A DNA stretch of 64,000 bases from contig CBFFRP010000378.1 in NCBI GenBank assembly GCA_965644295.1, positions 310,001 to 374,000 of the forward strand, in the 5' to 3' direction. Origin of the DNA: Paraphysomonas bandaiensis (taxonomy: Eukaryota; Protista; Chrysophyceae). Position 1 is the first letter of the stretch; every line of letters begins with the position of its first letter. A program made the position numbers and the translations under genes. Below are positions 37,951 through 49,397 of the stretch, in pieces. The notes beneath the pieces were generated by a model. That model did not search any database, was not told the origin of the DNA, and saw only the letters and a program-made list of their open reading frames with translations.

Positions 37951-39582
37951 GTTTCCGTTCTTGTGTGTGAGGGAGAAATTCTCTGTGGGGGTTAGTCCTT
38001 GAAATACAGAAGGATCAGTCAGGGGGGCGCCCCTTAGGGTAGGGCTCCTCAGGACTTTGTGGAGGAGGATTCTGTATCAGTGAGTCTAGTGTCCTTAACC
38101 GAAGATACATAGACGAAGGGGTGTCTTAGAATGGCTCCAGCTGCGAGTTGGGCCTGGGGAAGAGGAGTAGCTGACGGAGTTGGCATCGTGGCTTTTCTGC
38201 TGAGGCGGGGTGGTGGAAGAGGAAGACGACTGAAGGGGCGCGTTAGGTCTCCGCTTTACACGTAGTAAGCGTAGAACCCGTGGCTTCCGCTGGGTATTGC
38301 TCGATTTTAATCGTGTATTGCCGCATTTTGCCGACTCTGCCAGCTGGGGGAAAACTGCCGACTCCGCCATGCTCTTTTGTATGTTGCTTCATGTGTGAGA
38401 TTTAGGGGGAGTCGTTGTGACCCCTTAGGGTTGACAGCATAATGCACACTACGATCTTGGAGCATTTGTTTGGCTGCAGCGTAAAGCGGTTGAAAGAGGG
38501 CAATACATATCTTACAGCCTCATTCGAGCGTACTAATGTTGTTGTTAAACTAAGCAATGCATAGATTTATTACAATCCCGACATATCCTTTGTGTTTGGT
38601 CCCAAGAAAGCTCCAGAGAGATATACACTATACTTGCATCTTGCATAGTCCTTACAATTACGCTAATCCAATAACATGTTAGGCTTTTACTGAGTCATGC
38701 ATGGTCATAAGAAACTCCATGTAGTCTTTGTTAGGGGATGGGAAAGTGAACATGACGATAATAAATCTGTCGACTTACATACATAAGTCATGCAAAGTTA
38801 TGAGAGCACGGAATCTTTGTGAAGGCGAACACGGATGGGGAAGTAGGGTGGCTTCTGCAGAATCTGCGTGCAATTTATATGGTCAGCAAAGTTGGTAAAT
38901 GGGTGAGTGAATGCGTCGAATCAGCGCAAAGTCTTGGTGTTATAAGTGGTGTACTGACGTGCCTTCACCCTACACTATGGCCACATTGCACACTGTCGCA
39001 TTGAGGCACTTGCATACCTCGGAAGTGATATTCATGTGCAAGTATCGAGTATCATTTGTGACTTTTTCTAACCCAAAGATAACTACTAGGCTGAATCGTG
39101 TATTATTATCACGAGGCAAATCCAATAACAACTATATCGACGTTTTACACCAGCCATGTAAACTATAGCTCACTAATTCATCTCATAATCAGTATAGGAT
39201 ATAGGATACCCCAACAAATTTTTATATATGCAAGAAATTTTTATTTACTGTTTCAATGAAATTGATATTAAAAGGTTGAAAAAACAAAAAACCGTGCAAT
39301 CTAGTATTCCAAGATGCACAGGCATGCAACCAGGTGTATATAAAACTGAGTGTATACAATATATAATGATAGTGATTGTGGTGACGCATGTTTCGACAAA
39401 TACTGACGACAACATTTCACTCAATCAAATTGGTCGTAAAAAAGGCATAATTGAAATACGCAAAATAATAGTAATCTGAAGAGTGAATAAAAGCCCCTTA
39501 AACGGAGTGTGCAGAAAGTGGTCGGCGGCTCCTCCAACAACTGCATAAAATATAGATTCTACTTATGTAGATTCATGGGATC

Positions 39583-40946
39583 TTATGGATCCACAGCCGG
39601 ACACCACATGGACGATTTGTGGACTCCTGTTTCAATGCACTTGGTAGATATTCCTCGGTATGGAGAAAGGTCACCTCTCTCCAGTGCCATTACAATCGAG
39701 TTCGGAGAATGGGCCGACGGTCTTGAAAAGCGATGAGAGGGAAATCGCCCATCAGAGGTTTGTGATTCTCCTGATGAAAATGGGATTGGGATTGATCTCG
39801 GTACATTGCTTGCACAACGTATCGAAAACAACTTCTTATCATTGGACAGTGCCCACACGGATGCAGAACACTGGTTCAAATCATAGTAGTTGTCTGTACG
39901 ATACATAAGAATAACACACTACTATTCAACATGCACGGACAAATATACCTGAATTCACAGACTGTAAAGCAAATCCATCAGACACTTCCCAGTCGTCAGT
40001 ACCAGACGACAAGGGACTAGACAATAAGTTTTGAAGGCTTGTAGACGAAGAGATGCTGAGTTCATCCAAGAATGACGACATAGAAGAAGAAGACTCAACA
40101 GACGTATTCGAATGACGCCTCACAGCATCTGCCGGCACAGGCTCATACTCCTCCTTATAGTTGTCCTCAAGACTAGCCAACGTCACAAACACCGGCAACC
40201 GCGCTTTGCCAGTGTGCTTGTTAATAACAGATAATGGGTCGTCATAAGCAGTCGGTTGCTCAGTGAAAGCTGTGTCGCGGGACTTCCCTTTTTGACCACC
40301 AGAACTCTTAGAGTGTCTCTTGCGAACTTTCGCTGCCACATCAATGCAAAAATCTACAAAGTGATTCCACCTGTAAACACGTATTACGACAAGGAATATT
40401 CTCTCATGTACACACTAGTCCCAAACCACTACGAAGTAAGTACTTACATACTGTACATTGCCTCGGCATCACTGTATCCTCCATTAGGGCAACAGGCGAG
40501 AGGAACGGAGTACGTGTTGCATGGGGTACCCTTGTGATGGGAAACCCGTGAAACAGTGGGCCAATAAAAACTGTCTTGAGAGTCTCTTTCTTCTTTATTC
40601 TTTTTCTATTGAATGGTTAGACACAAATTCTGGGTGGGGTACAACAAATTACCCTAGTCTTACTCTTGGCAGAGGGATGCATCAAGCGAGGATCGTGAAT
40701 ATAAACACCTACATATCATTAAGGTTGTAAATTTTTAGTGAATACATTCTTACATCTATCACGATAAGGGCAACAACCCACGGAGATAAAAGTTCTAAAG
40801 AAGAAAAGGGTTAACGTATGTGGTGATAGAAGTACCAATAGGAGTACGTACTTGCAAGGGAGCTGGCGTGTTTTATCACACCCATCATCAAACGGTACCG
40901 CAGCAGATGAACGATGAGAATTGTTATATTTCTCAACTGATTCCAT
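39583..40946 (-). CDS. CCCH zinc-finger protein, multi-exon
   Basis: Spliced TRQLPC|RTFISVGCCPYRDRC|VYIHDPR gives C-x8-C-x5-C-x3-H, followed by DSFYWP and RLPVFVTL. Confidence 0.75.
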
Positions 40947-41612
40947 ATGAAAATCTACAATATATTCATATATAAAGGGTACAGTATGAGGTGTACTGTA
41001 TGTACATACCATGATAAGCATATGTATTGACAGCAGTAGAGTTAGTAGTAGGATTAGTATGTCCTTTCTTCATATATTCACGTTTTCTTCTACAGTGAGT
41101 GATGTTTCCCTTTAAGATATGAGATAAGAGGGTCAGATATGTGTATATTATACCAGAGTATCGACGTGATCGACTATACCCTCTTGACCATATATATGGC
41201 CAGAATGAGAGGTATGAGAGGTCGAGTAATGTCGAGATTGACGAGGTAAATACATTTCAGTGTGCATAACAATAAAATAATGTTAACAATGTCTTAATCT
41301 TCATACAATATACATATGAAGAATCATGTTCATCTATATATATATATTCCCATATAGTGTTGACACTATGACTCTATCACAGTACGTACAATTGTGAAGT
41401 GTTTCTATATTTTATTGCTTACGTACTTCAATATTCCAAATATTTTGAGTATCTTCAAACAATATTTTACTGAAAAAGTTTTTCCCTTCAACCCACTATA
41501 GCTAAAAATCAGAGAATATAAGAGAAAAAACAGGAATTTTTCTATGAAATTTCAATTTTTATGTACTAATTTTTTTTGACTATTTAGAAAGTTCAAAGTG
41601 TTGTTGCGTCAG

Positions 41613-41783
41613 GGGGTGGTTGTGCATATCGATTTTATCCATTTTTTCATCGTTTATTTCATTGAAAAGTCATCGTTTTTTCAGTGAAAAGTGAAAAAAA
41701 GTGACTTTTTAATGAAAAAACGATGACTTTTCAATGAAATAAATGATGAACAAATCGATAAAATCGATATGCACAACCACCCC
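41613..41783. mobile_element. Palindromic MITE, PIF/Harbinger-like
   Basis: Long TIRs GGGGTGGTTGTGCATATCGATTTTATC / GATAAAATCGATATGCACAACCACCCC. 3-bp TSD CAG at 41610-41612 and 41784-41786. Confidence 0.85.
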
Positions 41784-42840
41784 CAGTTCATGGAATATTC
41801 ATACTCCATGGTACTCATCATCACCAGACTCTCTGTGGTGGTGAAGTGCTACGTAGTACTCATCACCAGCAGTATATACTCTGTATACCTCCCTGTAGAC
41901 AACAGTGCTGTACACGCACTCTATGTACATACAGCATCAGGAAGGAAGATCTTCACATACTGGCTGTACATACTTCACATTTAAAGAACACTCTTCATAC
42001 ATAAAACTCCACTTCCACTTCCCTTCCCACCTATCCACACTCCTTTGACATCATCATCAGCAACATACATAGACATAATACTCACCACTGCATATATACA
42101 TACATGTATATGCGTATGTTTACTATGATATCTCTCTCTATATCCATATATCCATATGTATGATCCAGTCAAGTATATAGTTCAAAAGATGTTCCATTAA
42201 ACTATATATAAGTCATTAGAGACAATCATACTATCCTTATTAGCATGAAGGTACACTGTATTGTTCTACTGTAACAGTATATGATCATATACACGGTGAT
42301 CTGTGATGGTAGCTATATCTGGACCTCTAGCAGCAATATATGGCTGTATGCTATACACTGGATACTAAATACCACATACACTTTCCCATATGGTGCATTA
42401 AGCGCTACTGGAATACTACTGTAGCTACTGAAACTGATGTTGGCTATACAGAGAAACTAATTCAGTCAGCTCTAAAAATGAAGGAATAAAAAGTTAAAAT
42501 ATCTCAGTACGAGTATAGTAGTATAAACTTCCAATACATATGAACGCCTGTAAAGCTCAATTAAACTTATTATCTCAGTGTAGCGCAAAAGTATACATCC
42601 TGTTGCTTATATGCTGTTGTGACCGGATGTATGGATATTTCAATAAATTTTGAATATATTCACTATTTCTTGGTAGAAAAATCAACAGTTTACTAAAGTA
42701 AAATCTATTATCGTTCACAGTATTTTGTGCTTTATATATACTTACAATAGTAGATTTTACCATTTCAATGTCTGTCTACATAGCACTACTAATACAATAA
42801 TTATATCATTACTTGCTCACTGGACGCCCGCACAATAAAG

Positions 42841-43970
42841 CAGGGCTAGGAAACAATATAGTGCAATACTATTGTTAGTTAGCGTTCCATCAATACTATT
42901 GATGGAGATTTTAAGCAGGCTCAACAATACAATTACAATATATTGCAATATATTAGTATGACTAATCAGTAAGTAAACACATCCGTAGATTCCATATTTA
43001 GCATTAGTCATTAAGATCATGTGGCAACCATACCCACAACTTCTTATAGCTAATAAAAATCCACCTCGTTCTCATCCTCTGAGCCATCATCGCTGACGTC
43101 AACATCACCATATTCATTCAAAATTAATTCTTAGGCTGCTTAAACTTTATTCAATAAAGTTACACTGCTAACTGCATGACTGGGATACATATCTACTGAT
43201 ATCTACTTATTACTTATACCAACTAACAAATATTTATACTTTGCTGAATGCTGAGGGTAGTAACAAACACCTGTGGCTATTCAAACGGTTCGTACTAATA
43301 TATTAGATGAAGTGCATTGTAGATATCCAAACACCAAAACAATAATTTTGCTGCGGACGAGAGAATTCAAGCAGGTTTTAGGAAGTATACTTAACGTATA
43401 ATGAATTTAATATTTATTTAGTGGGTGACGTACATACATAATATAGAGTAGATCAGGACCTCGTAATATCGATATAATCAGCATTAATTGTTGGAAACTA
43501 GGATCCAATTAAATTGAATTAATAGAAATCTAATTGCTCGCTGGAAGGTTTAATTATATTGCTATTAATTGGAAATTATTTCTCATATACATATACAACA
43601 AAACCCATATTAATATGATAGGATGTGCTTCGCACAAACTGAACTTAGCTGTGCTTCTATATTATGGTGAAGAGCATTTTCCTGGGGACTGGTGGATACC
43701 ATTACCAAATTGTGCAAAAACAGCTCCGCACAATGAAAAATGCAAGCAAATTGAGGAAACATGACTTGTCATATGTGGTCTTGTGAGGAATGACACTCGA
43801 TGGGTATACCGCTGTTTGAAGTACTACTAGTTGTGTAGAAAGGCTTTTCCGTGGAGCAAATATCAACATAAGTGATCTACGCAAATCCATGGCATCTCAT
43901 CAATTGGAGGCCCTAATGTTCTTGCGCTTCAAAAGACTTGTGTGAAATGCAAGTACAGTTGAAGATGCTA
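42841..43970 (+). mobile_element. Decayed hAT DNA transposon with transposase relic
   Basis: TIR CAGGGCTAGGAAACAATATA, shared with the MITE at 60438-61860. Relic peptides IGCASHKLNLAV, VRNDTRW and STTSCVERLFRGA...LEALMFLR (hAT dimerisation-like), interrupted by stops and deletions. Confidence 0.8.
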
Positions 43971-44058
43971 TACGTGCTTGTAATGAATAGCTAATTTAAT
44001 TAGACAATGATTGGCAATTGAAATACAATACAATTTTACTAATATATACTTATCGTCA

Positions 44059-44147
44059 CCCTCAACAAAGTCGGACTCGCACCTTTTCGTGGTGTTAAGG
44101 GATATAAGTACAGGAGAGATTCTCTCTGGGAAACTAACGTGAGCCGC
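44059..44147 (+). ncRNA. Candidate HDV-like (L1Tc/ingi Pr77-like) self-cleaving ribozyme at the retroposon 5' end
   Basis: P1 CCCTCAAC/GTTAAGGG; P2 CTCGC/GTGAG; P3 ACC/GGT with L3 TTTTCGT; P4 hairpin flanked by AGTA/GAA; J4/2 CTAAC. P1 and P1.1 are imperfect. Confidence 0.65.
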
Positions 44148-44563
44148 AAACATAGTCAGCAGATATTCTTCTGCCCGCTCAGAGCCGAATGCTTGTGTGG
44201 TACAAGGTACACCAATAAGTGTCACTTGTGTAGACGTCTTTGGGCCCTGACGAATAAACAGGCATCCGGAAGTGGGCCCACCTCAAGGGCATCCGGGACA
44301 GGGCCCACCTGAAGGTAACCGGGGTATTGGGCTGCCTGCTGAAGTCAAGCATCCGGGATGTTCACCTTAAGAACTCAGAACTGAAGTGGTTGCACCTTGG
44401 TGCTTGCGGCGACGCACAAGCAGCTTTCGTAGCGTTAAATAGTAGGATAATAGAGTTTGTACTGATTAGTTACAGGTAGAGGTCTAACTAGTTTGTCTAG
44501 CATTCATCTAGCTACTAAATCGGTGCAGGTTTTTAACGCCTATTGCTAAATAAAAGACTTTCA
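44059..44563 (+). mobile_element. Retroposon copy 4 (best-defined, 505 bp)
   Basis: Runs CCCTCAAC...gactttca. Perfect 15-bp TSD atatacttatcgtca at 44044-44058 and 44564-44578. Confidence 0.95.
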
Positions 44564-44589
44564 ATATACTTATCGTCAATCGTTTTTAC

Positions 44590-44713
44590 GAGGGCTGCGT
44601 ATCAATTAATTGCAATTAATTGTCAATTATTGAAATTGAGACAGCAAGTAATAATTGCAATTATAATTGAATTCAACCTGCAACCTGTGTCAATTAATTG
44701 ATACGCAGCCCTG
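44590..44713. mobile_element. Small hAT-like MITE
   Basis: TIR agggctgcgtatcaattaattg / caattaattgatacgcagccct. Imperfect 8-bp flanks gtttttac / attattac. Confidence 0.75.
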
Positions 44714-45197
44714 ATTATTACAGTACGATTAATAAGAGTACAACTCTATACTACTGTAATTTAAATACCTTATAACCACAGCTTTCAATTGCTCTCATAT
44801 AGCAGAACTCAACAGGCATTGGAGAAGATATAGTGACCAATTTATAGAGCAGCTAGGTCGAATATCTTAGCTCTCTGAAAATAGTAATGGCTATTGGCAT
44901 TAATAATCGAACTCTACTACTAGTTGGGAATGACACTATAAAACGGTGTCACGGACAAGTGAATGTATGAAGCTGATCCTAGGCTATTCCTGAAAAATAC
45001 ACTCCTGAGGCCAGAGTAGTATTGTTAGTCGAAAAGAGTGAGTAATTCGAAATAAGAAAGAAAGATTTATTAAGTATACAACAAGCCAGTTCTATTGCAA
45101 TTTAATATAGTTGCCTATACATACTTCAAGTGCTACTATACAACGCACCCTATGTACTTCAGCCTGTAATCGTTACTCAACTATACAACGAGTAAAC

Positions 45198-47687
45198 TTA
45201 AACAATAGGGACACTTGGTCTACTAAACGCGGACCTAAAAGATCGCTCTACTTTAAGGGCAGACACTGGTGCTGCAGCCTTGCTATCACTGTCATCAGAA
45301 CCATCCTCACCAGAGTAGAACACTGGATAGCGGGTCATAACGACTTCCCATGTAACTAACTCCTCACAGAGATCTCTTAACAGACCAACAAGGGCGGAAA
45401 TAGGAACACGCAATTGGGTCATAGTGTTTCTCTCTCGTACTGTCACTGCCTTGTCAACTAGAGACTGAAAGTCAACAGTTAGACCGAATGGTATACCAAG
45501 CTCGTCGGCTCTGGCATATCTTCGCCCAACAGTTCCCGAGCTGGAGTCCACCTTGCAAACAACACCAGCATTCTGTAAGTTCTCACGTATGCGCTCCACT
45601 ATGGGGTCGAACTGCGGGTTGTTTAACAAACGAAAGATGCCAACTTTAATTGGTGCCACACACGGTGGGAACATCATCACGCATCTTTGTTCATCCCCCT
45701 CACGCTGCATGAACGAATGCTCTAACACTGAGTACAATACTCGACCAATTCCAAACGATGGCTCAATCACACTTGGAGTAAATTTGACTTCGTGCATATT
45801 TTTCTTTTCCGCCCGAATGTCAACCATATCCTTCTCAATCTGGAATCCGTTTACAGTGGCAATGGAAAGATTTTCAAGGTCCTTTTGTAAGGCCTCAACA
45901 GCATCGTCATCAAGCTCTTCCAGAGCTTTAATCACCTCCTTTTGTTCCTTCTTGAACTTAGGACCAATCTTCTTGCGGTTAGGTTCGACAACCAGTCTCT
46001 CTACCAATACAGGTTCAGCAAGTTTCTCACTGGCCATCATGGGGACCCCTGATGCAGCACTGTGCTGCTGAAGATCATAACACGCCCTGTCAGCATGTCC
46101 AACACACTCGATCCACCCGTACGAAAGATGAATCTCCATATCCCAGCAATCACAGGCATAGTGAGCCATCTCAGTTCGAAGATGTTGACGAAACCTCATT
46201 CGATCCGGAAGGACACCAATTTTCTCCAAAAACATTTGTGTTCTGGCCATGAAATATCCTAGCGTTTCATTTGCCACTAAGCCAGATGACACAGCCTGTC
46301 CTATAGTCATTTTCTCTGTCCGACCTGATCCTAGCTGTGCATCAGCAGAAAATAAAACAACACTCTTGTCGGCCACACGCTTGAATTTTGGATGCGACTT
46401 CTTCTCAGGATGTACAAAATGTTCGATTTCAGCCATACAGAACTCTCTTACACGTAAAAGGCCATTGCGAGGAGCAATTTCGTTACGAAATCCAGTACCA
46501 ATTTGAGCCGCAGCAAATGGCATACGCTGCTGATTGAAATCCAAGAGACGCCTAAATGAAGTGTATATATGAGAAACAAGAGGAATGAAAAATTATAATT
46601 AAAAGTGATGAATATGGTGTGAAATTGTGCGCTGACAGCGAAAGATACATGAGCGGAATTGCATCATGCTCCATATAAGACAGTGCTCTATTTATTGTAG
46701 CGACAATCGGAGAGAGGTGCCCATAGAGTGGACACGTCTCTCTTGGCAGTCGCAGATAATATGATATTTGAACATGAAATCATCACTATACCTGAAGTTA
46801 ACAAACAATCCTTGGGCGGTTTCCGGTCGCAGGTACCCAACAGATACTCCTTCTGGTCCAATAGTTGTTTTGAACATGAGATTGAACGGGAATGGATCAG
46901 TAAGGTCATTGACACCGTTTGTGGGACTCTTAATGTTGTACTTTTTAATCATAGCACCCAACTCTTCTTGCGTGAATGCATCAGCTTGGCGCTAAAATAT
47001 ATAATATTAAACAATGACATTAGAAGTAAATGAAAAACATGAGCACAGCGGTATATATCAGTCAACGTACAGTGAAGGATGACAACATACTAAATATCAC
47101 ATTACCTGAATGATTCTGTGTTCGTTGACTTCTTCTTCAGTTAATTCAGGATGAGCTTGAATAAACTTATCGATTTCATCCTCGAGCAACTTATCAGCTC
47201 TATGGCACTCTCCAGTAATCGTATCGCGGACCATAAAGTCAGTGAATCTCTCAACATGACCAGAAGTTGCAAGTACATTTGATGGTGTAAGATTTGTACA
47301 TTCCATTTCTAACATTGACTCCTCATATATAAAATGTCGTCTCCATAAACTAAGTACATTGGCTTTTAATGCACTGCAAGGTGGTCCATAGTCGAATAAA
47401 CCAGCTGGTCCATTATGTATTTCAAATGATGGGACAACAAACATTTTCCTTAACATCAATTCATCAAAACTTTTTTTGTTAAATGGATTTTCTATAATAT
47501 TTGCTTTTTCAATATCAGCAAGAGTTGATCGTAGACTTAGTAAGGTAGCAACTTCAGTTGATATAGCAGTAGCATCAGCACCATCTTTCTTCATTTGTTT
47601 AACTAAACTAGCTTGTTTAGTAATACGTGCACGTAAAGCATATACATCATCATTATCATTCATTGAATTCATAGGTACAGTTGACAT
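45198..47687 (-). CDS. GARS1: Glycine--tRNA ligase (eukaryotic alpha2 type) with N-terminal WHEP domain
   Basis: [68 protein letters not shown]. Confidence 0.97.
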
Positions 47688-48084
47688 CCTTTAATGTATG
47701 TATGTATGTATAGATGAAGGAATGAGAATTGTGTTGAATTCTATGAATGAAATAGACAGAAATGAGAAACATTTCTCACCACATGATACATATGAGAGTA
47801 TCTTGAATAGACATATAGATAAGATTTAGTTTATATTTGACTCTTTGAACCAATTAAATATAAGAAAGATATCTTGAATAGACAGTATTCATTTTCAGTA
47901 TATGTAATACGGCTATAGGAATTCCAACTGTACGTGTATACACACCTGCTCCTTCTGTTGTTTTGTGTACATACATACACACATACATACATGCCTGATT
48001 GTCTGATTGTGCTATAAGTATATGCATATTATTCATATCAAGCAATCATCTGATTCATACATTAAGAATCAAATTAAAACAATC

Positions 48085-48398
48085 ATGCAATTTATTGTTG
48101 AACATGGTCGTGGATGAGATGGAGGGATGCAAGAAGCAGAAGTTGCTGCCTCTTGCATCCGTGAAGTATTCCCTGATGCAGATATAACAACCAAACCATC
48201 CGTAAGTCTCTCTCTCTATGTATATACTAACATCATATAATATCATAACTATAGAATGCTATGCAAGTTAAAATATTTGTGATAAGAGATGGAAGTAAAG
48301 AGGAAATATTTCGTTGTGCTCAACGTGATTTATTCAGAAAATATGGATGGCCTGCAAAGCCTGATATTATTGAAGCTCTTAAGGAGCTAGAAGAATAG
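48085..48398 (+). CDS. Candidate selenoprotein, Rdx/SelW-like fold, 86 aa, Sec (TGA) at codon 11; exons 48085-48201 and 48255-48398
   Basis: MQFIVEHGRG-U-DGGMQEAEVAASCIREVFPDADITTKPS|NAMQVKIFVIRDGSKEEIFRCAQRDLFRKYGWPAKPDIIEALKELEE*. Phase-0 GTAAGT...TAG intron with TACTAAC branch point. SECIS-like hairpin in the 3' UTR. Confidence 0.8.
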
Positions 48399-48419
48399 AT
48401 ACAGTGAATGATCAGTGTT

Positions 48420-48501
48420 TGTATGTCATAGGAACGGGATGACAGCTAGTAAGAGTACTACGAAAGTGTACTTTGAATGCTTGATATGTTCTTGATATAC
48501 A
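48420..48501 (+). promoter_or_regulatory. SECIS-like element with non-canonical long helix II
   Basis: Helix I tgtatgtca..ggaac / gttct.tgatataca. Core ATGAC (48439) / TGAT (48482). Upper stem agc/gct + AGTA/GAA loop + agagtac/gtacttt + GAAA apex. Confidence 0.7.
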
Positions 48502-49397
48502 CCAGAGCTGATTCAATCATTACTGGTACATGAATATGATAATAATATCACGTAATATTATATCTCCCAAGAATGCTATGTCTTGAATTTACTCAAGTCG
48601 TACATGACAATTTCACCTTTAAAGCATAACGACAGTTTCAGTATGCAGCCCATCATTTCATCCTCACTTCAATTAAGTTTTAGTCCCATTTACAGTTAAA
48701 AGCCAAGCAGCCCTCACAAATACAAACAAGACCTATGCATCACCACCGTGTAATTGGTTTAAACTAGCCCAATATTTCAACTGGAATGAGTTAATGTCAA
48801 ACGAATTATGTTGAGTCTAGCTGTTTGAGAGGAATTAGGAGCTACAGCTCTAAAGTCTTGAAGATTGAAGAATACAGTGGTGATAAACAGTATTACATGG
48901 GTCATAGAGATGATGGCAATCATTAGTAATGAAACTGAAATGTATTGGCTTAAAAGATATAAAAGCGTATGAAAATGATTGGTTGTTGAGAATCAACACT
49001 ATTGACGGAATTCCATCTAACAATAGTATATAGTATTGCAATATATTCTTCCTTATTATTGTTCCTTATCCTTGCTTGAGATAACCTAATTTTGGCGAAT
49101 GACAATGAATAAACTATAGCATATCTGAGACGGACATCCACAGAGCTACATAGATGAAAAGGGACAACTTATAACTTATAACTGATCCACGATTTTATAT
49201 TTAAATAATTGGACAAAATAAAATGACTGCAGACATGATGTTACTGCAACTCCAAATATACCACATGTAACACAATTTTTATTGTACAACGTGTCACATT
49301 TTAAAACACCGATTTAGTTTCAGCCGTTTTAAGTTGTTGGACAAACCTATAAACTATTCCAAAGCGTCGGTTACGGGGGCTTTTTACACAAAAACAA

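Noticed and set aside
44240-44300. CTGACGA within the retroposon as a hammerhead ribozyme core
   Set aside because: No stem II followed by GAAA and no stem III/NUH arrangement; the motif reads TTGACGA in other copies.
44430-44460. CGTTAAATAGT resembling the pistol ribozyme junction
   Set aside because: The P1 hairpin, pseudoknot and downstream conserved motifs are absent.
44540-44565. TTTCAA end suggesting an IS200/IS605 or Fanzor/omega-RNA element
   Set aside because: Long variable TSDs indicate target-primed retrotransposition, and no TnpB/Fanzor ORF is present.
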